Below, one piece after another: positions 1 through 10,998 of a DNA stretch of 64,000 bases. The stretch lies in assembly GCA_002410505.1 (NCBI GenBank), contig DHSO01000052.1:288-64287 (forward strand), in the 5' to 3' direction. The first letter of the stretch is position 1, and each line of letters opens with the position of its first letter. Both the position numbers and the translations under genes were made by a program. The notes under the pieces are model-generated. The model was given only the letters and a program-made list of their open reading frames with translations, ran no database searches and was not told where the DNA came from. Origin of the DNA: Cloacimonetes bacterium UBA5284 (GTDB taxonomy: Bacteria; Cloacimonadota; Cloacimonadia; Cloacimonadales; Cloacimonadaceae).

Positions 1-228
1 CGCTTCTACCTTGTGGCAAACAGAGCTTGCCACCCTAAAGCCTGGAAACGCTACAACTCTACAACCCCAAAACCTCAAAACGCCAAAACTCTACAACCTT
101 AAAACCTTATAAAACCTTCCACCCTTTATCATGAATAATGACACCAATCTCCGGTGTGTATCGGAGGAAGCTGATTGCGGGCTCAGCTCCGTAGCGGAGG
201 ATTATTATGCCCGGCATAGCGATTTATC

Positions 229-257
229 TTGACGAAATATGTATAGCATCAATAATT
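229..257 (+). promoter_or_regulatory. candidate sigma70-type promoter for the methyltransferase-rho operon
   Basis: TTGACG at 229-234, a 16-17 nt spacer, then AATAAT/ATAATT at 251-257, about 95 nt upstream of the first CDS. By-eye match only. Confidence 0.3.
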
Positions 258-353
258 GGACAGAGTTAATAAACGATATTAAAAGCTATATGTACAGGTA
301 TATGGCATCTCAATTTGCCAATCCATATTATAATCACAAGCGAGGTAAGAACC

Positions 354-1082
354 GTGAAAGACGTATTCCAAATCCTGAATCAGATCGATGGCGGTGTTGT
401 ATTGGATGCAGCAACGGGGCGGGGAGAATTCATCAACCTGCTGAAACAATACCTGAAAAGCTATACCCAGATCATCGGAGTGGACTATTCCGAGAAAAGT
501 GTAGCTTACGCGCAGAAACTGTTCCCGGAAAATAATGTGGAGATTTACCGTATGAATCTGGAAGATTTACCCTACGAGGACGAGCATTTTGATACCGTTT
601 GCGCTTCAAACTCACTACATCATTTTGAGAACCTGAATAAGGTGATGACGGAGATAATGCGGGTGCTGAAACCCGGAGGTACTTTTATCCTCAGCGAAAT
701 GTACGCGGATGGTATCCAGAGTCAACCCCAGCTAACTCATATAATGATGCATCACTGGGTAGCAAAGGTGGATAGTCTGAGCGGAGTATATCACGCAAGC
801 ACATTCACAAAGGATGAGCTCATCCGCATCGTAAAGAGGCTGAAGCTCAAGAAAATACACATCGAAGATTTTTATCACGAGGTGGATGATCCCAAAGACC
901 CCAAAACAAGTATCAGTTTGGTGAAAAACTGTCAGGATACCATCAAACGTCTGGAGCAGCTTGGTGAATATCCTGAACTGATAAAAGAAGGCGAAGCGCT
1001 GATAGCCCGGATCAATGATATTGGTTTTGCCGGCGCTTCCCGCATCCTGATTACAGCTTACAAATCAAAAGGAGATAAATAA
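354..1082 (+). CDS. class I SAM-dependent methyltransferase (Methyltransf_11-like)
   Basis: Frame of ORF 315..1082. VLDAATGRGEF (SAM-binding motif I) and LKPGGTFILSE are typical of class I methyltransferases. GTG at 354 has GAGGT 8 nt upstream. TTG at 315 is the longest alternative start. Confidence 0.75.
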   Translation: MKDVFQILNQIDGGVVLDAATGRGEFINLLKQYLKSYTQIIGVDYSEKSVAYAQKLFPENNVEIYRMNLEDLPYEDEHFDTVCASNSLHHFENLNKVMTEIMRVLKPGGTFILSEMYADGIQSQPQLTHIMMHHWVAKVDSLSGVYHASTFTKDELIRIVKRLKLKKIHIEDFYHEVDDPKDPKTSISLVKNCQDTIKRLEQLGEYPELIKEGEALIARINDIGFAGASRILITAYKSKGDK

Positions 1083-2341
1083 TGCTGATAGAAGACGATC
1101 TATTTGCTATGACGCAAGCCCAGCTGACAAAGCTGGCAAAAAAGATATCAATCCCCGGATACTCTCAATATAAAGGTACAGAACTCATATTCAAGATATT
1201 GGAGTTTCAGGCAGCTCAAGAAGGCCTTGCTTTTGTGACCGGTTGCTTGGAGATAATGGACGATGGCTTCGGATTCTTGAGATTCCCGAACAATAGCTAT
1301 CTGCCCGGCAAGGATGATGTGTATGTTTCTCTTACGCAAATCCGTAGATTCAGCCTGAAGAACGGTCACATGGTCTCCGGACCGGTGCGTTCACCCAAAG
1401 AAGGTGAGAAATACTATGCCTTGTTGCGCGTGGAGGCAGTGAATTATATGTCTCCCTCCGGCTTGCAGGATATGCGTACTTTCGATGAACTCACCCCCTA
1501 CTACCCCACCGAGCGCTTGAACTTGGAATTTGATCCTGAAAACTATAGCACCCGCATCATCAATCTCTTCACTCCGGTGGGCAAAGGCCAACGCGGTTTG
1601 ATCGTAGCAGCTCCCAGAACTGGAAAGACTACTCTGTTGCAGGATATCGCCAATGCCATCCTGAGCAATCATCCGGAAGTATATCTCATCGTACTGCTGG
1701 TAGATGAACGCCCGGAAGAAGTAACTGAGATGAAAAAAGTGCTGAAGCCCGGAAACAGTGAAGTGATATCCTCCACTTTCGACGAATCACCAAAGAACCA
1801 CACCAACGTGGCGGAGATCATCCTGGAAAAATCCAAACGTATGATCGAACTGGGGCAGGATGTAGTAATTGTATTGGACAGCATCACCCGTCTGGCTAGA
1901 GCTTACAACAATATCACTCCCTCCAGCGGAAAAGTGCTCTCCGGTGGTATCGACGCTAACGGCCTGATCAAACCTAAAAAATTCTTCGGTTCTGCCCGTA
2001 ATACTGAAGAAGCCGGCAGCCTTACCATCATAGCCACCGCACTCATCGATACCGGCTCAAAGATGGATCAAGTGATCTTTGAAGAGTTTAAGGGAACCGG
2101 TAATATGGAACTGGTGCTGGATCGCAGCATCTCCGATATGCGCCTCTACCCCGCCATCGACCTTGTGAAATCCGGTACTCGGCGCGAAGAATTGTTGCTC
2201 ACCAAAAACGAGATCAATCGTATGTATGTGCTGCGCAAATACCTCAAAACGATCAGCCCGATCCAGGGTATCGAAACCCTGCGTAAACAGATGAAGGCAT
2301 CAAAGAGTAACGACGATCTCTTGAATTCGATGAGTAATTGA
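1082..2341 (+). CDS. rho: transcription termination factor Rho
   Basis: 419 aa. N-terminal RNA-binding region (GFGFLR), Walker [10 protein letters not shown] and Walker [24 protein letters not shown] just upstream. Confidence 0.97.
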   Translation: MLIEDDLFAMTQAQLTKLAKKISIPGYSQYKGTELIFKILEFQAAQEGLAFVTGCLEIMDDGFGFLRFPNNSYLPGKDDVYVSLTQIRRFSLKNGHMVSGPVRSPKEGEKYYALLRVEAVNYMSPSGLQDMRTFDELTPYYPTERLNLEFDPENYSTRIINLFTPVGKGQRGLIVAAPRTGKTTLLQDIANAILSNHPEVYLIVLLVDERPEEVTEMKKVLKPGNSEVISSTFDESPKNHTNVAEIILEKSKRMIELGQDVVIVLDSITRLARAYNNITPSSGKVLSGGIDANGLIKPKKFFGSARNTEEAGSLTIIATALIDTGSKMDQVIFEEFKGTGNMELVLDRSISDMRLYPAIDLVKSGTRREELLLTKNEINRMYVLRKYLKTISPIQGIETLRKQMKASKSNDDLLNSMSN

Positions 2342-3543
2342 TGGAACTAACTGCCCCCGGTGGAGATTTAAATAAAATCAAAACTGCCATCAAGTATGGA
2401 GCTGATGCTGTGTATTGCGGTTACAAGCTCTTTGGCTTGCGTGCAAGCGCGACTAATCTATCCAAAGCAGAATTGATGGAAGCCATAGCTTTTGTCCATA
2501 ATCACAAAGCGAAGCTCTATCTTACTCTGAATGCCTACCTGAAAAATTGCGATTATCCTGCACTGAGGGATTTTTTGCTCTGGCTGAAAGATAGCGGGAC
2601 TGACGCTGTAATCGTATCAGATCCCGGAGTGTTCACAATGGTGCAGAGTATCACCCAAATACCCATCCATGTAAGCACACAGGCCAACATATGCTCGGTT
2701 CAAGCGGCTCACTTCTGGCACAATCTGGGGGCAAAACGCATCGTGGTAGCACGGGAAATGAGCTTCGCCGAGATTGTGGAAACTAAGGCAGCCCTGCCGG
2801 ATCTGGAAATCGAGTGTTTCATCCACGGAGCTATGTGTGTGGCCTATTCAGGGCGCTGTCTGCTAAGCGCATACTTCAATCGGCGCAGTGCCAACAGCGG
2901 GGCCTGTACTCAGGTTTGTCGATGGAATTGGGCACTTACTCAGCAAGAGAGACCGGGTGAATATCTCCCGGTGGAAGAAGATCAATATGGCAGCCATATC
3001 CTTAGCTCCAAAGACCTTTGTATGCTGAGTAAAATCCCATTGATGCAAAAAGCGGGTATTGATGCGGGAAAGATCGAAGGACGCATGAAAAGCGAATACT
3101 ATGTGGCACAGTTGTGTCGTGTATATCGCAAAGCTATGGAAAGCTCCGGACAGGATTCCTCTGTGTGGGAGATGCTGCGTGAAGAACTGCAAAAGGTTTC
3201 GCATCGTCCATATTGGGAGGGCTTTTATGACTTTCCTGCTGGTGACGCTGGCATCGTGGAAAAAAGCGACCAAAGCGCTTACATCTCAAAAAGCGAGTAT
3301 TGTGGAAAAGTAATTGCACATGAAGATGGCAATATGGTTTTCGACTGTCTGGCAAAGATATCTCTGGGCGATACCATTGAATTGATTTTCCCGGAGATAA
3401 ACCAGGATATCAGACTGCAGGTTAACAAGATATATGATAATGATTACAAAGAACTTGTGTGCACAAAGCCAAACGCACGCTTTAGAGTGCCTTTGGCCCA
3501 AAAAGACGTGTTGGGAGCATTGATTCGCCGATGCTTGGATTAA
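2341..3543 (+). CDS. peptidase U32 family protein
   Basis: 400 aa containing the U32 signature region ECFIHGAMCVAYSGRCLLS. ATG overlaps the rho stop by 1 nt. Confidence 0.88.
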   Translation: MELTAPGGDLNKIKTAIKYGADAVYCGYKLFGLRASATNLSKAELMEAIAFVHNHKAKLYLTLNAYLKNCDYPALRDFLLWLKDSGTDAVIVSDPGVFTMVQSITQIPIHVSTQANICSVQAAHFWHNLGAKRIVVAREMSFAEIVETKAALPDLEIECFIHGAMCVAYSGRCLLSAYFNRRSANSGACTQVCRWNWALTQQERPGEYLPVEEDQYGSHILSSKDLCMLSKIPLMQKAGIDAGKIEGRMKSEYYVAQLCRVYRKAMESSGQDSSVWEMLREELQKVSHRPYWEGFYDFPAGDAGIVEKSDQSAYISKSEYCGKVIAHEDGNMVFDCLAKISLGDTIELIFPEINQDIRLQVNKIYDNDYKELVCTKPNARFRVPLAQKDVLGALIRRCLD

Positions 3544-4673
3544 GAGTATTCCTCTCCCTGCTTTTGCTAAGTGCGATCAGCTTGGGAGCGCAGATCCGCA
3601 AAGACTTCAGGAACCTTGAAAAGCTATTTGATGAAGGCAAGATAAGCGAACTGCAAAGAGAGCTGACAACGCTGAAACCAAATAAAGACGACGAACGTGC
3701 TTTGATGCTGTATTATGATGCAATGCTCAGCACCGGCAAAAGCGACGCCCTAAGTAAATTCAATACTTGCGTGGAGCAGTATCCCAAGACTCTTCATGGA
3801 CAACTGGCCATGCTGGAAGCTGCCAAGATCCACATACTGGAGAGGGAAATGCAAAAAGCAGGATCTCTATTGCGCCGCATCAATTCTCCTGATATCGTTG
3901 AGCGTTTTTATTGGTCAGCAGTGGTGTTTTACTGGTTGGAAGACTATTCTGCCGCGATCGCGAATGCCGAGAATTATATCCGGCTGAGTCCCAAGGGTAA
4001 AGAGGTAGAACCTGCGCATTACCTGGTGGTGGAATCATACCTGAACCAGAGAAAATACCAGAGTGCCATCTCCAGTCTATCCAAAATACGCCATATCAAA
4101 GCTTATGACCGGCAGTACTATCACTACAAGCTGGGCATGGTATATGAATTGAACTCAAACGCCAAAGAAGCATTGAAGGCATATCGTGAAGGCTATGAGC
4201 TGGACAAATACTCTCAAGTGGCATTCAATATCGAAGAACGGCTGTTTGCAATGCGCGGTCGTGCCCCGTCTCTGGATCTAAGTTTTCTATATCCTTATAC
4301 ACCTCTGGACATCCCCGTAGAAATAGCGTCGGATAGCCTTGACACAGAATTGGATGCCGGAACTGAGGTCACAGAAGAGCCAAATCTGCCGGATTTGCCG
4401 CCTATCGGCGACTTCCTACCCGTAAAGCTGATAGCCAAGCCCTTGAAAGGTTTCTTTTTGCAGGCGGGCAGATTCTCTGTGGAAACCAACGCAGAACGCT
4501 TGTGTCACACAATCCGGGAGATGAATGTCCCCGCTTCATATTATGAGGACAAGTCCCAGGGAAAAACCACATGGGTCGTTCTGGCCGGGCCCTTCAGCAA
4601 TCGTGAACAGACAGACGGAGCCAAAGCCCGTCTAATAAATCGCGAAATCAACAGCTTTATAGTACAGTACTAA
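3531..4673 (+). CDS. secreted TPR-like / SPOR domain protein
   Basis: N-terminal signal-like hydrophobic segment and helical TPR-like repeats. C-terminal SPOR-like segment (FFLQAGRFSVETNAERL ... WVVLAGPFSNREQ). Confidence 0.6.
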   Translation: MLGLRVFLSLLLLSAISLGAQIRKDFRNLEKLFDEGKISELQRELTTLKPNKDDERALMLYYDAMLSTGKSDALSKFNTCVEQYPKTLHGQLAMLEAAKIHILEREMQKAGSLLRRINSPDIVERFYWSAVVFYWLEDYSAAIANAENYIRLSPKGKEVEPAHYLVVESYLNQRKYQSAISSLSKIRHIKAYDRQYYHYKLGMVYELNSNAKEALKAYREGYELDKYSQVAFNIEERLFAMRGRAPSLDLSFLYPYTPLDIPVEIASDSLDTELDAGTEVTEEPNLPDLPPIGDFLPVKLIAKPLKGFFLQAGRFSVETNAERLCHTIREMNVPASYYEDKSQGKTTWVVLAGPFSNREQTDGAKARLINREINSFIVQY

Positions 4674-7304
4674 ATGGAAAACACCAAACTCACACCCATG
4701 CTTCGCCAGTATTTTGAGGTCAAGCAGGCACATCCGGATAAATTGGTCCTTTTTCGCATGGGTGATTTTTATGAAACTTTTTTTGAAGATGCTGTTACTG
4801 CCTCCAGAATCCTGAACATAACCCTCACCACTCGCAATAAGAATGACGATAAACCCATCCCGCTGGCTGGTTTCCCCTATCACGCTCTGGAGAACTATCT
4901 GGACAAATTGATCAAAAGCGGTCTGAAAGTGGCAATCTGTGAACAAACCGAGGATCCCAAAAAGGCCGTGGGGTTGGTGAAACGTGAGGTAACCGAGATC
5001 ATAACTCCCGGTGCAGTGCTGGATCAAAACCTTTTGGAAGGCACAGCCAACGTGTTTCTGAGTACCATGTATCGTTCCGACAGGCAAAAACTATGTGGAC
5101 TTGCTCATTTGGATCTCTCCACCGGTGAGTTCTTTTTTACTGAACTGGCTGAAGAAGAATTGGCCAATGAGTTGCAACGCCTCCGACCCGCAGAGATATT
5201 GGTGGACAGCAGCGTCAATGAAGCATATGTGAAAGAATTGAAGCTCGAGCACAATCCCACCATCAGTATCTTTGACAACTGGCAATTTCAACCCGCGGAA
5301 GCCAAAGCGCTCCTATTGAAGCATTTCGGCGTCAGCAGTTTGGAACCTTTCGGAGCACATAATCGACCCTATGGCGCCACGGCTGCGGGAGCCACACTGG
5401 CTTATGTGATGAGCCTTTACAAGGTTCCTCTCACGCATATCACTGCACTGAGGTTTTATTCATTATCCCAATATATGCAATTGGATGAGATCAGCCGCCG
5501 CAATCTGGAGCTGACTCGCAGTATCCGATATGGTAATCGACATGGAAGCTTACTCAGCGTTATAGATCAGAGCCAAACCCCCATGGGCAGCAGGCTTTTA
5601 CAACAGTGGCTATTGCACCCCTTGATCGAACTGGATCAGATCCTTGCCAGACAAGCCATCGTCTCCGCCTTTATGAAGCAGAGTGCCTATTTGAAAGATA
5701 TCCGCGTCTCACTAAAAGAAATTGGAGATATCTCCCGGATCGTATCCCGTCTGGGTTCTTTGCGCATAAATCCCCGTGAGCTGTTGGCATTACAGAGTTA
5801 TCTGATCAGCGCGAAAGAATTGAAACACAAGCTGGAAATCTTTTCTGAAGACCTTTTTGCGGATTGGATAAGCATGCTGGATACTTTCGAGGATATCGAT
5901 GCCATGATCGACAAAGCCATTGCGGAAAACCCGCCAAACACGATCACCGAAGGTGGCATTTTCAAGCAAGGATACCAGAATGATCTGGATGAACTGATGG
6001 AACTGGTACATGATGGTAAAAGCTGGATTGCCAGATTGGAGGACGATGAAAAACGTAAGACCGGCATTCCCAGCCTGAAAGTTGGATACAACCGCGTTTT
6101 TGGCTATTACATAGAAGTGACCACGACCCATAAAAGCAAGGTTCCGGACTACTATATCCCCAAGCAGACCCTGGTCAATTCCGAGCGCTATATATCTCCC
6201 CGATTGAAAGAATTTGAAGCCAAGGTGCTCTCCAGCGAAGAAAAGATTAAGAATCTGGAGTATGAATTGTACAAAGAGCTGCGAACAGAGCTTGCCACGC
6301 ACCTGCCCCGCTTGCAGCGGCTCAGCGACATTATTGGCGAGATCGACGTATACAGCTCCATGGCATATCTGGCATGGCAAAACCACTATTGCTGCCCTGT
6401 CTTCAGCGAAAACCGAAATCTGCACATTGAGGCTGGCAGGCATCCTGTGATTGAGAAGCTGATGGGCGAAGCGGAATTTATTCCCAATGATACTCAGCTA
6501 GACTATCCTGAGACCTGTATCGCTTTGATCACCGGACCCAATATGGCAGGCAAATCCACCTACCTGCGACAGGTAGGACTCTTGGTAATCCTTGCCCAAA
6601 TTGGCAGCTACGTTCCAGCGAATGCTATGCAAATGCCCATCTTTGACCGGGTTTTTACCAGAGTGGGAGCCTCAGACAACCTTGCACAAGGCCAAAGCAC
6701 TTTTTTGGTGGAAATGATCGAAACGGCAAACATCCTTAATTCCGCCACTCCCCAATCTCTGATCCTTTTGGATGAGATCGGACGCGGAACATCTACTTTT
6801 GACGGGCTCAGCCTGGCCTGGGCTATCATAGAGCAAATCCAGAAACAAATCAAAGCTCTCACCCTTTTTGCAACTCATTATCACGAACTTACAGAATTGG
6901 AAAACATATATCCAGACATCAAAAACTACAATGTGGCAGTGAAGCTATACGATGAACAAATGATATTCATCCGCAAGATCGAACGCGGTGGTGCAGATCA
7001 AAGCTATGGCATTCAGGTAGCTCGTCTGGCAGGAATACCCAACCGTGTGATCCGCAGAGCCCAAGAGATACTGAAAAACCTGGAGGAACACGAGATCAGT
7101 CCCCAAGGACTGAGTAAAAGCCTACGCAAGAAACTGGCCAGCAGCACTCCACAATTGGAAATCTTTGAAGTAATGATAGATAAAGCAAATGAACACGAAG
7201 CCATAATAAATCAAATCCGCGAACTGGAGCCCGAAGAATTGAGCCCAATCGCCGCCTGGCAACTGCTCAGCGAACTCCAGAAGCAAATCTTGGGAGAATC
7301 ATGA
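4674..7304 (+). CDS. mutS: DNA mismatch repair protein MutS
   Basis: 876 aa. N-terminal mismatch-binding motif (GDFYETF), Walker A GPNMAGKST and DEIGRGTSTFDG. Confidence 0.98.
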   Translation: MENTKLTPMLRQYFEVKQAHPDKLVLFRMGDFYETFFEDAVTASRILNITLTTRNKNDDKPIPLAGFPYHALENYLDKLIKSGLKVAICEQTEDPKKAVGLVKREVTEIITPGAVLDQNLLEGTANVFLSTMYRSDRQKLCGLAHLDLSTGEFFFTELAEEELANELQRLRPAEILVDSSVNEAYVKELKLEHNPTISIFDNWQFQPAEAKALLLKHFGVSSLEPFGAHNRPYGATAAGATLAYVMSLYKVPLTHITALRFYSLSQYMQLDEISRRNLELTRSIRYGNRHGSLLSVIDQSQTPMGSRLLQQWLLHPLIELDQILARQAIVSAFMKQSAYLKDIRVSLKEIGDISRIVSRLGSLRINPRELLALQSYLISAKELKHKLEIFSEDLFADWISMLDTFEDIDAMIDKAIAENPPNTITEGGIFKQGYQNDLDELMELVHDGKSWIARLEDDEKRKTGIPSLKVGYNRVFGYYIEVTTTHKSKVPDYYIPKQTLVNSERYISPRLKEFEAKVLSSEEKIKNLEYELYKELRTELATHLPRLQRLSDIIGEIDVYSSMAYLAWQNHYCCPVFSENRNLHIEAGRHPVIEKLMGEAEFIPNDTQLDYPETCIALITGPNMAGKSTYLRQVGLLVILAQIGSYVPANAMQMPIFDRVFTRVGASDNLAQGQSTFLVEMIETANILNSATPQSLILLDEIGRGTSTFDGLSLAWAIIEQIQKQIKALTLFATHYHELTELENIYPDIKNYNVAVKLYDEQMIFIRKIERGGADQSYGIQVARLAGIPNRVIRRAQEILKNLEEHEISPQGLSKSLRKKLASSTPQLEIFEVMIDKANEHEAIINQIRELEPEELSPIAAWQLLSELQKQILGES

Positions 7305-9001
7305 TACGCAATATATTTTTTGCCATTATCTTAGTGGCTCTTTTTGCCTGTTCCGGCCCACGGGGAAACAGCGCCGGAATCATCAATTCCGAAAGAATAT
7401 CAAAGACCGAATTCATCAATACATATCGGAGCTATACGGCAAACTTTCAGCTGCAAAACCAGCGTATGCCCACCACAGAAGAAAAGGTGGATGTTTACAA
7501 GGACTCATGGAATTACCTTACCCGTAAGGTTGTCTTACAACAGCATTTTAAGCGCCATCAAATCTCAGCAAGCGAACAGGAAGTAATCGACACTTTGCTT
7601 ACAAACATTCCGCCTTTTCTACTGAATAATCCGGCTCTGATGATTAACGGTAAATTCAGCCATGATCTCTACAATCAATCTGTCCGATATGACAGCCCTC
7701 TGAATATGAGTGCCATCCGCAATTCATACCGGGAATCCTATGTGCCGGTGCAGAAGCTGAAAGAGAAGATGATAGACGAGGATCTGTCAAGCAAAAAGAA
7801 GAGTGGCAGAATAGCCGACATAGTGGTGAGTAAAGCCGATTTTGAGCTTGTAGTATTTGATCCCCTGGCCATGGAACCTATGCTTAGTGATAGCGAGATC
7901 GAAGCGTTTTATCAGAGAAATTTGCAGCGCTTTGCCATGGATCCCATCTACAGCTTAGAATACCTCAGTCTGCCGGTGAAACCCAGAGATGAGGACAGAA
8001 TCTACACTGAGGCCGTAACAGACAGTATCTACAGACAAGTCCTTGCGGGGAAGAGCTTTGAAACTGTGATCGAAGAAAAACAGGAACAAGTGCCGGGAAT
8101 CAATCTGCTGGACCCGGGCTTTGTCCTGATCGAAAATATCGATGAGGACATTCTGGAAACTCTGGAAATTCTGGATAATAATAAATATAGCAGTCCCATC
8201 GCTTTGGGGCATGGTTTTGCCATCTTCCAGAAACTCCAGCGCACAAAGTCCATGCTGAGCTACAGAGCCTTACAGATACCGCCCATACTTTCGCCCAATA
8301 CCATCAACTCCCATCACAGCCAGGCTGTGGGAGCACTCAATCTCGCTCGGGATCTGGGAGCGAAAACTGCAGCGGATGAATTGGAACTGGAACTGACGCG
8401 AAAGGACACACTTAGTGTCAATGACCTGTGGTACAGTGACAAATTGGTGGTAGATAAAGTGATCAGCGAATTGATGAACCATAAAAAGGGAGACTTTCTG
8501 GAGCCGGTGTATTCTACGATCACCGGAAACTGGCTGGTGATTCGCCTCACAGAGAATCAAGTTAACCGCGTGTATCCGCTAGAAAATGTGAGACATATCA
8601 TAGTACCCGAACTAATGGCTATGCGGCAACGAAGCATGGCACTTCAGAAAGCAGAGTCCTGGCTGATGGAAAACCCCGATCTGGAAACCGATATTCTCAG
8701 GGATCGGGTGCAGCACTACCACAAATCCGGCATCGAAAGCCAATATGCCGGCAAATCTTTGGAGCTGATATATCTCAGAGCTATCGACCGTCATTTGCAA
8801 AATAAAAGTCCCGTGGTCGACACTTTGGGAGATCTGCAAGTAATCCTGATCCCGAGAGCATATTACAAGAATAAAGCTGAAACAGCAGATCGCGAAACCC
8901 TGAGAAAGCTATATGTACAGCAATTGCCCAGAACCTGGTTTGAAGATTGGTTGAACACTCAGATCAACAAGGCCAGAATACAGGTTTTCGTTAGCCCATG
9001 A
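7301..9001 (+). CDS. PpiD/SurA-like periplasmic chaperone lipoprotein (degenerate parvulin-like region)
   Basis: Lipobox-like LFACSG at the N-terminus. Size and layout resemble SurA_N/PpiD-type chaperones, but no clean rotamase motif was seen. ATGA overlap with mutS. Confidence 0.45.
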   Translation: MIRNIFFAIILVALFACSGPRGNSAGIINSERISKTEFINTYRSYTANFQLQNQRMPTTEEKVDVYKDSWNYLTRKVVLQQHFKRHQISASEQEVIDTLLTNIPPFLLNNPALMINGKFSHDLYNQSVRYDSPLNMSAIRNSYRESYVPVQKLKEKMIDEDLSSKKKSGRIADIVVSKADFELVVFDPLAMEPMLSDSEIEAFYQRNLQRFAMDPIYSLEYLSLPVKPRDEDRIYTEAVTDSIYRQVLAGKSFETVIEEKQEQVPGINLLDPGFVLIENIDEDILETLEILDNNKYSSPIALGHGFAIFQKLQRTKSMLSYRALQIPPILSPNTINSHHSQAVGALNLARDLGAKTAADELELELTRKDTLSVNDLWYSDKLVVDKVISELMNHKKGDFLEPVYSTITGNWLVIRLTENQVNRVYPLENVRHIIVPELMAMRQRSMALQKAESWLMENPDLETDILRDRVQHYHKSGIESQYAGKSLELIYLRAIDRHLQNKSPVVDTLGDLQVILIPRAYYKNKAETADRETLRKLYVQQLPRTWFEDWLNTQINKARIQVFVSP

Positions 9002-9441
9002 ACGATGATTTTTACATGAGAATCGCTTTGGAAGAAGCGCGCTTGGCTGCCGAAGAGGATGAAATCCCCGTGGGCGCTTGCTTGGTAAGAGATCAATCTG
9101 TGATCCTGAGAGACCATAATCGAAGCAGACAGACACAAAATCCCATGGCACACGCCGAAAAGCTGATTCTGGACAAAGCACAAGATCTGGATTACAAATA
9201 TCTGCAAGAATGCAGTCTCTTCATAACATTAGAACCCTGCCTGATGTGCAGTGGTATGATTATCCTCAGCCGGGTGGGGCGCGTGGTCTTTGGCTGTTAC
9301 GATCCCAAATCGGGTGCAGCAGGTTCCATTTACAACAGCCTTTGGGACAAAAGTTTCAATCACCGTCCGGCTCTTAAGCGAGGAGTATTGGCCGAAGAGT
9401 GCGCTTTGGTCTTGACAGATTTCTTCAAGAAAAAACGTTGA
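8998..9441 (+). CDS. tadA: tRNA adenosine(34) deaminase TadA
   Basis: 147 aa with the CDA zinc motifs HAE ... PCLMCSG. ATGA overlap with the upstream gene. Confidence 0.93.
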   Translation: MNDDFYMRIALEEARLAAEEDEIPVGACLVRDQSVILRDHNRSRQTQNPMAHAEKLILDKAQDLDYKYLQECSLFITLEPCLMCSGMIILSRVGRVVFGCYDPKSGAAGSIYNSLWDKSFNHRPALKRGVLAEECALVLTDFFKKKR

Positions 9442-9451
9442 ACATAGGCGT

Positions 9452-9541
9452 GGAGAGTTGCCGGAGCGGTTGAACGGGACGGTCTCGAAAACCGTTGTAT
9501 CCTTTCGGGTACCCAGGGTTCGAATCCCTGACTCTCCGCCA
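9452..9541 (+). tRNA. tRNA-Ser (anticodon CGA)
   Basis: Manual cloverleaf. Acceptor GGAGAGT/ACTCTCC. Anticodon stem ACGGT/ACCGT with loop CTCGAAA (anticodon CGA). Long variable arm GTATCC-TTTC-GGGTAC. T-arm CAGGG-TTCGAAT-CCCTG. Discriminator G and an encoded CCA. Confidence 0.93.
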
Positions 9542-9558
9542 TTTATATGGGAGTGTAA

Positions 9559-10521
9559 ATGCATAGTATCCCTTCAGATATCGTTCAAAGCGCAGCGAAG
9601 CTCTTTGCCCTGAGCCTCTCTCCCAGTTTCTTTTCCCGTAGCCATCAACACTCTGCTGGCAGCTTGTTTGAATGCGGGAATGTCTTGCTCAAAGTAAGCA
9701 AACAAACCTCAATGAATGATATGGATGATATGGATGAACGCCTGCACTACGCACTCCATCTGAGACAAAATGGCATCACAGTACCTGCGTACATTTTGTC
9801 GATCAATAAGAACATGATAGAGAGCATTCCGACAGATTCCGGATTGTATCTGGCATATGCATGGCCCAAGGCCCCCGGAAAACCGCTGGCAGACCCACAT
9901 CCGCGACATCTGGAGCAATACTATCGGAACTGGGCTGCTCTTTTGGCCGCCTGCCACAATGCTGCCGGGACTTACAGATCTGACTTGCTTCCGGATTGGC
10001 ATGCAGAGTGGCAATCATGTTATAATGATTTGCCCGACAATGAGATGAAGGATTGCTTTGAAGTTCTGAAGGGCGAACTCGATCGCCGGGAAAGAAATAT
10101 CCTTAACTTTGGAGCCATCCACAACGATGCCCATCCCAGAAACATCCTGCAAAATGGGCAAGTACTCACTCTGATCGATTTTGACCGATGCTGTTACCAT
10201 TACTTCGTTCAAGACATCGCCAATGCCATTTACAGCGAGTATTCTCGCATAGGATTTCATTCCGGGCACAAATCTGCCTTGATAGAGATGCGAGAGCTTT
10301 TCCTGATACCATTTATCCAAGCTTATCTCGCCGCTCACCCACTCCCAAAGGTAGATATATATGAGGTCGAGATTTTCCTGTTGTACAGACAATTCGTGAT
10401 GTTTAGCAACTTCCAGAGGGAGATTAATGAGGCTGCGCCAGACTATCTGAAAGTCTTCCGTCAGAGGATTATGACCAGAGTTCCCTTTCTTCCTTTTAAT
10501 ATAGAGAGTCTCTTATTCTGA
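9559..10521 (+). CDS. phosphotransferase enzyme family protein (APH/choline-kinase-like)
   Basis: 320 aa with the catalytic loop HNDAHPRNIL and the metal-binding LIDFD motif of the aminoglycoside phosphotransferase-like kinase fold. Substrate unknown. Confidence 0.7.
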   Translation: MHSIPSDIVQSAAKLFALSLSPSFFSRSHQHSAGSLFECGNVLLKVSKQTSMNDMDDMDERLHYALHLRQNGITVPAYILSINKNMIESIPTDSGLYLAYAWPKAPGKPLADPHPRHLEQYYRNWAALLAACHNAAGTYRSDLLPDWHAEWQSCYNDLPDNEMKDCFEVLKGELDRRERNILNFGAIHNDAHPRNILQNGQVLTLIDFDRCCYHYFVQDIANAIYSEYSRIGFHSGHKSALIEMRELFLIPFIQAYLAAHPLPKVDIYEVEIFLLYRQFVMFSNFQREINEAAPDYLKVFRQRIMTRVPFLPFNIESLLF

Positions 10522-10998
10522 CATTCATTCCAAGCTTTCGCTCATGGTCTCAGCCTCACCTTCATCGTGCTTATCTTCAACTCAACATCCATAGCTAAGT
10601 GCGCAATACTACACAATATTACGAAATGCCCGGGGTATACAGCGGGATGAAAGGCCTGCGTCTGGCTGAATAAGTATAGCATATCCTTGGACGATAGAAT
10701 ATCTTTTCTTATTGGATCACAAATCTATGTAGTATCTAATATCCAATCTTCCGGGTGACATTGCCTGATTATTATACTATGCAGTAAACAGGTAGAAGCT
10801 CCTCGAATGTGGCAGTCCAATATCAGACGAATAGATATTTATTCATCCTATCTGCATGACCATCAGCGTGTTGTGTTATATCGATATAAATTAAGTAGAT
10901 TTATCTTGACAGATTTATCCGATATTTATTTATTGAAAACAGAAAGCTGAATACGCCGTTCTGATTCGTCAGGAGATATTATCAGCAAAGGAGATGCG

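Noticed and set aside
13-33. TGGCAA-N-TTGCCA read as a sigma54 -24/-12 promoter; likewise CTGGCACACAACGCTAA at 42753-42769 upstream of the cupin gene
   Set aside because: The GG-to-GC spacing is off by 2 nt in opposite directions (14 and 10 rather than 12), and the TTGC element is missing in the second case. No convincing sigma54 promoter was found by eye, so a PWM scan is needed.
239-535. 98-aa plus-strand ORF overlapping the methyltransferase start
   Set aside because: It is out of frame with the motif-bearing methyltransferase ORF and has no motif or RBS.
5790-6443. 217-aa minus-strand ORF inside mutS
   Set aside because: It is antisense to mutS, which is unambiguous.
9452-10998. tRNA-Ser followed by an APH-like kinase and 477 bp of non-coding DNA, read as a tRNA-targeted integrated island
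   Set aside because: There is no integrase and I saw no direct repeat of the tRNA 3' end downstream. The GC of the kinase gene looks like the core, so evidence for a mobile element is insufficient.
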